In this document: in pieces, positions 8,485 to 14,588 of the stretch | Layout of the letters: each line of letters begins with the position of its first letter | How positions within the stretch are numbered: position 1 is the stretch's first letter | Assembly: GCA_021735045.1 (NCBI GenBank) | Contig: JAIPHU010000005.1 | Location: 30,001-62,000 of the forward strand | Reading direction: 5' to 3' | Origin: Candidatus Omnitrophota bacterium | GTDB taxonomy: Bacteria > Omnitrophota > Gorgyraeia > Duberdicusellales > 4484-171 | Length of the DNA: 32,000 nt | Made by a program: the position numbers and the translations under genes | Notes under the pieces: model-generated | Databases searched by the model: none | What the model saw: the letters and a program-made list of their open reading frames with translations, nothing else | What the model was told of the DNA's origin: nothing

Positions 8485-8723
8485 CAGTTTAGCTTTTTAT
8501 CGCATTTTTTAAGAGGAGTTTTTAATCCTTTGCGGATCGATTCCCTCATTTTAGGAATAGAAAGCAAAAATAAAGTTTCTTTAATTGCTCTCCAATCCTC
8601 TTGGCTAATCAGGACAGCATCGTGCCTTTTGCCACTAATTTGGATAGGTTCGTGAGATTCAGCTAATTTATCTAACAATTTATATAATTTTGCTCTTGCT
8701 TGGCTTGCTGTTAAAGTTGTCAT
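8481..8723 (-). CDS. yefM: YefM/Phd family antitoxin
   Basis: 80 aa. MTTLTASQARAKLYKLLDKLAESHEPIQISGKRHDAVLISQEDWRAIKETL is a typical YefM/Phd N-terminal domain. GGAGGTG lies upstream of the ATG. Confidence 0.85.
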   Translation of the reverse strand: MTTLTASQARAKLYKLLDKLAESHEPIQISGKRHDAVLISQEDWRAIKETLFLLSIPKMRESIRKGLKTPLKKCDKKLNW

Positions 8724-8743
8724 TGCTTTTCACCTCCATATAA

Positions 8744-8772
8744 AACGTACCATATTGCGTACGTCTTGTCAA
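8744..8772 (-). promoter_or_regulatory. TA operon promoter with an overlapping GTAC-core inverted repeat (putative operator)
   Basis: Minus strand: TTGACA (8772-8767), 17-nt spacer, TACGTT (8749-8744). The inverted repeat ACGTAC-N8-GTACGT (8745-8764) covers the spacer and the -10. Confidence 0.5.
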
Positions 8773-8949
8773 GGTGCTTTTATTTTTATTATTTATGCCT
8801 AACATCTACTATACAGCCGTCGTAATTTGTAAAAACTCCTATTTTTAAGGTAGCATATTTTTATAAATTTCTGAAAAAAATGCCAATTTATTTCGTCTAT
8901 AAGCAGAGGGTAAAAAAATAGGCGGCTTCCACCTAACAAGAAAGTTTTT

Positions 8950-8986
8950 TAGCAAATAAAACCATTTCCCACCTCCGAGGTGGGAA
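8950..8986 (-). terminator. Rho-independent terminator downstream of comEC
   Basis: The minus strand reads TTCCCACCTC-G-GAGGTGGGAA followed by ATGGTTTTATTTGCT. The stem is identical to that of the 8096-8116 hairpin. Confidence 0.6.
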
Positions 8987-8990
8987 TCGG

Positions 8991-10415
8991 TTAATTAAAT
9001 AAAAACCTACCCTTAATTAGGTATTTTCGTTTTGTGAACAAGACTATCGCGGTAAATAACAATAAATAATAGATGAAAATACCTAGAATTGAAAAAGAAT
9101 AGGAAAGATAAGAGTAAGGAAGAGATCCAAAAACCTTGGCAAGGCTTTGAAAAATATAGACGAGCCAAGATAAAACAGCTCCTAAGCTTTGAGCCAAAAA
9201 AGCTAAAGGAGATAAGATTAACAATAATAAGTTCAAAAACAGAATAAAAGTAAATATCGGAATTAAGATCAAATTAAAAAAGATGCTTAATAAATAAATT
9301 TTTCCAAAATAAAAGGATACAACCGGTAAAGTAAATAAAATTACAAACAAGGAACAAAGAAAAATTTGTTTTAGGTAGTTAATTAAAAGATTACCTTGTT
9401 GTTTATAAGGAAAAATCTTAAATCCCAACACAATTCCAAAAACGGCTAAAAAAGAAAGTTGAAATCCGATATCATAGATAATCGCCGGTGAAAATAATAA
9501 CAAGATTATACCGGCCAGCCCTAATGAATTTAATACCTCAACTCTTCTTTTGATAAAAAATCCAAAAACAAAAACAAGATACATAAGCACTGCTCTTTGA
9601 GTTGAAGGCCTAAAGCCAGTAGCAGCAACATAGAAAATAAGAAAAATTGATAAAATAAAAAGTATCGGGCCAAGGCTTATCGGAAAACACCTTAAAAAAT
9701 AAAACAAGATCAAAGAGAGAAGCCCCACATGAAGGCCGCTTATTGCTAAAAGATGAGCCAGGCCAGCATTTTGGATAAATTTCTTTTCTGGCCCAATTAG
9801 TTCTTTTCTGCCTAGAAATATTGCGGCAAGAAAATTTTTTGCTCTAAAACTACAGTTCTGCCTAAAAACATCTAAGCAATAGTCATTGGTCTCCTTAACT
9901 GCTTTTTCCCAAAAAGATAAAGGTATTTTTTCTAACGAAGTTTTCTTTTTAACCCAAAGATAATAAAACTCTTTACCATGATAGGTGCGTCTGGATAACT
10001 TTGCTTCAAATCTATATTTATTCAGATACTCCATTTTTTTAGAGTAATCAATAACTTTTGCCTGAAAATCTTGCCGGTGCCCGCCAACTTTGATAACTTT
10101 TGCTAAAAAAGTATTTTTATTATTCTTTTCTTTAGGCAAAGAAACTACCTTCACTATGACATTTTGTCTTTTTTTAAAACATATGTCTTTATGGCTAAAG
10201 TCGGAAACGATAAACAATAATGCGCCCAGGCAGATAATCAAAAAAGAAATAGCTAACTCTGAAGATAAAACTTTATTTTTTTTAGATAAAAAATAGGCTA
10301 GAAACCCAGATAAAATGAAAAGAAAACTAAACAAAAGATATAAAGAAAACAAACTGCCTAAAATAATACCAATTAAAAGAAATAGAAAAATAAAAAAGTT
10401 AAATACCTTTGCCAA
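8991..10415 (-). CDS. comEC: ComEC/Rec2 DNA-uptake channel protein, short form (no metallo-beta-lactamase domain)
   Basis: 474-aa polytopic protein with the competence-domain signature (AGLAHLLAISGLHVGLL). It has an N-terminal OB-like region and ends after the membrane domain. The track start is TTG. Confidence 0.8.
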   Translation of the reverse strand: MAKVFNFFIFLFLLIGIILGSLFSLYLLFSFLFILSGFLAYFLSKKNKVLSSELAISFLIICLGALLFIVSDFSHKDICFKKRQNVIVKVVSLPKEKNNKNTFLAKVIKVGGHRQDFQAKVIDYSKKMEYLNKYRFEAKLSRRTYHGKEFYYLWVKKKTSLEKIPLSFWEKAVKETNDYCLDVFRQNCSFRAKNFLAAIFLGRKELIGPEKKFIQNAGLAHLLAISGLHVGLLSLILFYFLRCFPISLGPILFILSIFLIFYVAATGFRPSTQRAVLMYLVFVFGFFIKRRVEVLNSLGLAGIILLLFSPAIIYDIGFQLSFLAVFGIVLGFKIFPYKQQGNLLINYLKQIFLCSLFVILFTLPVVSFYFGKIYLLSIFFNLILIPIFTFILFLNLLLLILSPLAFLAQSLGAVLSWLVYIFQSLAKVFGSLPYSYLSYSFSILGIFIYYLLLFTAIVLFTKRKYLIKGRFLFN

Positions 10416-10435
10416 TTGCTTATAGTACCTCTTAG

Positions 10436-10765
10436 CTAAAACTTTATATAATCTTTGATCAGTTTTGCCTTCTTTTTACCAATACCTTTTACTTTCTCTA
10501 AATCTTTAATTTTTTTAAAGGGCGGGTTATTTTTTCTATATTCTACTACCCGTTGTGAAAGGACCGGGCCTAGGCCAGGAATTTTCTCAAGATCAAAGGC
10601 AGAAGCTTGGTTTATATTTATAGATTGAACCTGTTTGCTGGCTGACTGATAAGAAACTGCGGTATCCTCTACTTCTAAATTAAAAAAACGGATCAATGTC
10701 CCCAAAAAAATAATAAAAGCTATGACAATCAGTACTTTCTTTTCTGGTGGGCTCAAGGAAAACAT
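10436..10765 (-). CDS. comEA: ComEA-like helix-hairpin-helix DNA-binding protein
   Basis: 109 aa with an N-terminal TM anchor and a C-terminal HhH pair (LEKIPGLGPVLSQRVVEYR...LEKVKGIGKKKAKLI). Confidence 0.85.
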   Translation of the reverse strand: MFSLSPPEKKVLIVIAFIIFLGTLIRFFNLEVEDTAVSYQSASKQVQSININQASAFDLEKIPGLGPVLSQRVVEYRKNNPPFKKIKDLEKVKGIGKKKAKLIKDYIKF

Positions 10766-10771
10766 TTAATT

Positions 10772-13234
10772 TTAAACTACAATATTAATAATTTTTCCTT
10801 TGATATAAATAATCTTTTTCGGTGGTTTACCAGCTATAATCTTTTTTATTTTATCTAGCCTTTGAGCTTTTTGAAAAACTTCTTCTTTACTCAGGCTAAA
10901 ATCAATAACTATTTTTCCTCTTACTTTTCCGTTTACTAAAATTGCAATCTCCCCTTTTTCTTTTTTTAAGAATTTTGGATTCACTTTCGGCCAGCTGCGA
11001 TCAAAGATAGTCCCTTGATTACCTAAAAGGCTATTTACCTCTTCACTAATATGGGGGGTAAAGGGTGAAAGCAGTAAAAAAACAATATCTACTGCTTGCG
11101 CAAATAATTCTTTTTTTATTCCTGCCTGAATCGATTTATAGGCCTGGTTTACTAACTCCATGATTCTACTAATTGCTGTATTAAATTGAAAATTACCTTC
11201 TAGGTCTTGAGTAACTTCATAAATAGTAGAGTGGATTTTTTGCATGAGGATCTTTTCTTGTTTTGAATCAATTTCCTCTTCTTTAAAATTATTTAAATTA
11301 TCCACCAGGCGTAAAGCTCTTTGCAAAAACCGCCAACTTCCCTGCAAGGCTTCGTCTTGCCAGATAGCTTCTTTTTGCGGTGGCCCCATAAATAAAATAT
11401 ATAAACGCATTGTATCGGCACCATATTTATCAATTATATAATCAGGAGCAACTACATTACCTTTTGATTTAGACATCTTTGCTCCATCTTTTACAATCAT
11501 GCCTTGGGTAAATAACTTAATAAACGGCTCATCAAAGTTTATTTTGCCTTGATCAGCTAAAAACTTGGTTATAAAACGTGAATACATCAGATGTAAAATC
11601 GCATGTTCAACTCCGCCAATATATTGGTCTACAGGCAACCAGTTGTCCACATCTTCCCTAACAAAAGGCAACTGCTTATTACCGGGTGAAATATAGCGAA
11701 GATAGTACCAGCTTGAATCAACAAAAGTATCCATAGTATCTGTTTCTCTTTTTGCCTCGCCCCCGCAGCGCGGACAGTTAGTTTGGATAAATTTTTTATC
11801 TTCTGCTAAAGGAGATTTTCCAGTCGGCAAGAACTTCTCTACCTCAGGAAGCAAAACAGGTAAATCTTTTTCATCCAACGGGACCTCTCCGCAATCTTTA
11901 CAATATACAATCGGGATTGGCGCCCCCCAATATCTTTGTCGAGATACCAACCAATCTTTAAGGCGAAAATTGGTTTTTCTGGATCCAATATTTTCCTGTT
12001 CCATAAAGTCAGCTATTTTTTCTTTGGCAGCTTCAGAGCCTAATCCATTAAAATCGCCAGAATTAATCAAACCCCCTTCTCCTTCATAAACCTCTTCTTC
12101 ATTTTCTTCTCCCGACGCTTCGGTCGGGACTCCCTTTGGTCGTGGGCCTTGGATAACTTTTCTAATCGGTAGTTGATATTTTTTTGCGAATTCACAATCT
12201 CTTTTATCGTGAGCTGGAACACACATTATTGCACCTGTTCCGTATCCGGAAAGTATATAGTTAGCAATCCAAATCGGTATTTTTTTACCAGTCATCGGAT
12301 TAATAGCAAACTTACGAGTAAAAATACCCTTTTTTTCAAAGTCCTGACTGTAAGCTAGAGAGGCTTCTTCTTTTTTGATCTGACTTACAAAATTTAATAC
12401 TTCTTCCTTGTTCGGTAAATCTTCAATTAACTTTATTACCGCAGGATGATTGTAGTTTAGGGCTAGAAAAGAAGCGCCAAAAATTGTATCTACTCTGGTT
12501 GTAAAGCAATCAAGGTGTTCATCTAGGCCTTCTACTGGAAATTTTATAGTTACTCCAACTGATTTTCCGATCCAATTCTTCTGCATACGCTTAACTCTTT
12601 GCGGCCATTCTTTTAGTTTATCTAGATCATCTAAGAGGCGCTGGGCATAGTCTGTTATCTTAAAAAACCATTGTTTAAGATTTCTTTGAATAACTTCATT
12701 GGAACACCTCTCACATTTTCCTTCGATTACTTGTTCATTAGCTAAAACTGTTTTACAAGACTCACACCAATTAACCGGAGCCTCCCTTCTGTAGGCTAGG
12801 CCTTTTTTGTAAAGCTGTAAAAATAACCACTGGGTCCATTGGTAATAGTTTGGAAAACAAGTAGCAATTTCTTTATCCCAATCATAACTTATCCCCCAAC
12901 TCTTTAACTGCTCAGTTATTCTTTTTATATTTTTTAAAGTCCAGTTACGGGGATGAATGTTATGTTTAATCGCCTGGTTTTCAGCCGGAAGGCCAAAAGC
13001 ATCCCAACCCATAGGATTTAAAACATTAAATCCATGCATTCTTTTGTATCTAGCAACAGCATCTCCAATTATATAGTTACGGCCATGGCCAACATGAAGT
13101 TCGCTGGAAGGATAAGGAAACATCACCAAGCAATAATATTTAGGCTTTTTAAAATCTTTAATCTCTACCTTAAAAGTATTATTTTCTTGCCAAAATTTTT
13201 GCCACTTTTTATCAATTTTCTTTGTGTATTCCAT
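10772..13234 (-). CDS. leuS: Leucyl-tRNA synthetase
   Basis: 820 aa with the HIGH-type motif (LHVGHGRNY), the KMSKS motif (KMSKSKGN) and LeuS-type zinc and editing regions. Confidence 0.97.
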   Translation of the reverse strand: MEYTKKIDKKWQKFWQENNTFKVEIKDFKKPKYYCLVMFPYPSSELHVGHGRNYIIGDAVARYKRMHGFNVLNPMGWDAFGLPAENQAIKHNIHPRNWTLKNIKRITEQLKSWGISYDWDKEIATCFPNYYQWTQWLFLQLYKKGLAYRREAPVNWCESCKTVLANEQVIEGKCERCSNEVIQRNLKQWFFKITDYAQRLLDDLDKLKEWPQRVKRMQKNWIGKSVGVTIKFPVEGLDEHLDCFTTRVDTIFGASFLALNYNHPAVIKLIEDLPNKEEVLNFVSQIKKEEASLAYSQDFEKKGIFTRKFAINPMTGKKIPIWIANYILSGYGTGAIMCVPAHDKRDCEFAKKYQLPIRKVIQGPRPKGVPTEASGEENEEEVYEGEGGLINSGDFNGLGSEAAKEKIADFMEQENIGSRKTNFRLKDWLVSRQRYWGAPIPIVYCKDCGEVPLDEKDLPVLLPEVEKFLPTGKSPLAEDKKFIQTNCPRCGGEAKRETDTMDTFVDSSWYYLRYISPGNKQLPFVREDVDNWLPVDQYIGGVEHAILHLMYSRFITKFLADQGKINFDEPFIKLFTQGMIVKDGAKMSKSKGNVVAPDYIIDKYGADTMRLYILFMGPPQKEAIWQDEALQGSWRFLQRALRLVDNLNNFKEEEIDSKQEKILMQKIHSTIYEVTQDLEGNFQFNTAISRIMELVNQAYKSIQAGIKKELFAQAVDIVFLLLSPFTPHISEEVNSLLGNQGTIFDRSWPKVNPKFLKKEKGEIAILVNGKVRGKIVIDFSLSKEEVFQKAQRLDKIKKIIAGKPPKKIIYIKGKIINIVV

Positions 13235-14078
13235 TATTTGAAAGCCTCCGAACCATTTTTAAATTTTTTAAATCATCATCTAGTTTTTCCTTGGGAGTTT
13301 CCAAGATAAAAGTTAAATTTTTTAATTTAGAATGATTTAAAATAAGACGAAATCCATCCTTACCAATATTTCCCCCTCCAATATGAAAATGACGATCTAG
13401 CTGTGAGCCTAATTCAACTTGAGTATCATTAAGATGGATTACCTTTAACTTATCTATTCCAACTTCTCGATCAATCTCTGAAATAAGCTCCTGAAGATTC
13501 TTTTTTTCATTTATCTGATAGCCAGCCGCCCAAGCATGAGCTGTATCAAGGCAAACTCCTAAACGATTCTGCATTTTTATTTTATCAAAAATAAATTTAA
13601 AATGAGAAAATTTATACCCTAACCAGCTCCCACTCCCAGCAGTATTTTCAATAAGAACTTTAGTTTTTACGCCTTTTGTTTTTCCTAAAATCAGGTTTAA
13701 GGCTTTAACTATTTTTAAAAGGCCAAGCTTTTCGGTACCCTTTTTATGAGAACCCATATGAGTCACTAAGTAATCTATGCCTAACTTATCAGCCTCTATT
13801 AAATCTTTAGTAAACTCTCTTATGGTTATCTGATGAAAACTTTCTTTGACAGAAGCAAGATTAAGAAGATAAGGTGCATGAACAATAACCGGATCTATCT
13901 TTGATTTTTTTCTTTTTTCTCTAAATATCTCAATATCTTCTGGGCTTAAAGACTTTCTTCTCCATTGCCGAGGGCTGCGAGCAAATATTTGCATAGTATT
14001 GCAACCAAGCTTTTCGGCTCTTTCAATTGATCTATAAATCTTGCCAGCAATTGATACATGAACACCTAATTTTAGCAA
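13212..14078 (-). CDS. nfo: Endonuclease IV (AP endonuclease)
   Basis: 288 aa. (M)LKLGVHVSIAGK... and HLNDT/HxxIGxG motifs are typical of Nfo. TTG start with AAGGA 6 nt upstream. The 3' end overlaps leuS by 23 nt. Confidence 0.9.
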   Translation of the reverse strand: MLKLGVHVSIAGKIYRSIERAEKLGCNTMQIFARSPRQWRRKSLSPEDIEIFREKRKKSKIDPVIVHAPYLLNLASVKESFHQITIREFTKDLIEADKLGIDYLVTHMGSHKKGTEKLGLLKIVKALNLILGKTKGVKTKVLIENTAGSGSWLGYKFSHFKFIFDKIKMQNRLGVCLDTAHAWAAGYQINEKKNLQELISEIDREVGIDKLKVIHLNDTQVELGSQLDRHFHIGGGNIGKDGFRLILNHSKLKNLTFILETPKEKLDDDLKNLKMVRRLSNNGIHKEN

Positions 14079-14121
14079 TTAAAATCCTTAATTTTATGAT
14101 TTTTTAAATTATTTTTAATTA

Positions 14122-14194
14122 TGGAGCCGGGGGGATTTGAACCCCCGACCTCAACACTGCCAGTGTTGCGTGCTCCCAACTGCACCACGGCCCC
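14122..14194 (-). tRNA. tRNA-Ala (anticodon GGC)
   Basis: Manual cloverleaf: GGGGCCG/TG/GTGC..AGCAC/CAACA-CTGGCAG-TGTTG/AGGTC/GGGGG-TTCAAAT-CCCCC/CGGCTCC/A. The G3:U70 identity pair is present. No CCA is encoded. Confidence 0.9.
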
Positions 14195-14353
14195 GTTGAA
14201 AATGCAATTATATAGCGAATACCTTAATTTTCAACGGCACTAAGCCAAATTCCTTGGCGAAGTGCCTTAGTAACCTAAATAAGATACTTCGTCATTTCAT
14301 TCCTCAGTATCAATTCGATTAGAACTTTTTCTTCGAAAAAGCTAAATCTCATT
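14195..14353 (-). ncRNA. Candidate structured RNA, copy 1, directly 5' of tRNA-Ala (unknown family)
   Basis: Helices read on the minus strand:
- P1: AAUGAGA (14353-14347) pairs with UCUUAUU (14284-14278).
- P2: CUUUUUC-GAA-GAAAAAG (14341-14325).
- P3: GAUACU-17 nt-AGUAUC (14311-14283).
- P4: GGCACU..GCCAA-GGAAU-UUGGC..AGUGCC (14266-14236).
- A 9-bp hairpin GUUGAAAAU/AUUUUCAAC (14235-14195) abuts tRNA nt 1.
The second copy at 23034-23190 keeps all helices through compensatory changes. Confidence 0.55.
14207..14234 (-). promoter_or_regulatory. Sigma70-like hexamers just upstream of tRNA-Ala, embedded in the terminal hairpin of the RNA module
   Basis: Minus strand: TTGAAA (14234-14229), 16-nt spacer, TATAAT (14212-14207), 12 nt before tRNA nt 1. 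Confidence 0.45.
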
Positions 14354-14355
14354 GA

Positions 14356-14384
14356 ATATTATCATCTCCCTAAGAAATTGTCAA
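14356..14384 (-). promoter_or_regulatory. Sigma70-type promoter for the structured RNA, copy 1
   Basis: Minus strand: TTGACA (14384-14379), 17-nt spacer, TAATAT (14361-14356). The predicted start falls within or next to the P1 5' strand. Confidence 0.5.
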
Positions 14385-14413
14385 TTGACAAAGATAAATA
14401 GCATTGTTATATT
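14385..14413 (+). promoter_or_regulatory. Sigma70-type promoter for tRNA-Leu and the helicase
   Basis: TTGACA (14385-14390), 17-nt spacer, TATATT (14408-14413). Its -35 abuts the divergent -35, forming the palindrome TGTCAATTGACA. Confidence 0.5.
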
Positions 14414-14454
14414 AATAATTCACGACAAACTAATCATTAACTATAAGTTAACTC

Positions 14455-14540
14455 GCCGGAGTGGCGGAATGGCAGACGCGCGGGATTCAAAATCCCGTCT
14501 TCGCAAGAAGGTAAGGGTTCAAGTCCCTTCTCCGGCACCA
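14455..14540 (+). tRNA. tRNA-Leu (anticodon CAA), CCA encoded
   Basis: Acceptor GCCGGAG/CTCCGGC and anticodon arm CGGGA-TTCAAAA-TCCCG. It has a long variable arm (TCTTCGCAAGAAGGT) and T arm AGGG-TTCAAGT-CCCT, and ends in ACCA. Confidence 0.9.
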
Positions 14541-14588
14541 ATTTAAGCTCTTCTTTTTTAACTTATAAATTCTGTTATAATAAATGCT

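Noticed and set aside
14195-14235. Reading the 9-bp hairpin next to each tRNA purely as an RNA element, or purely as a tRNA promoter
   Set aside because: I cannot choose between the two readings. The stem arms contain the -35 hexamer and the pre-tRNA leader, and the conserved loop contains TATAAT. Both interpretations are kept in the features, and neither is claimed exclusively.
14283-14311. Hammerhead-like CUGAGGA...GAA string in the invariant P3 loop of the structured RNA
   Set aside because: CUGAGGA fits CUGANGA. However, there is no stem II between it and a GAAA box, and no suitable cleavage triplet or stem I arrangement. The resemblance is superficial.
14352-14546. 64-aa plus-strand ORF
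   Set aside because: It spans the divergent promoter region and the whole of tRNA-Leu, and has no SD. It is not coding.
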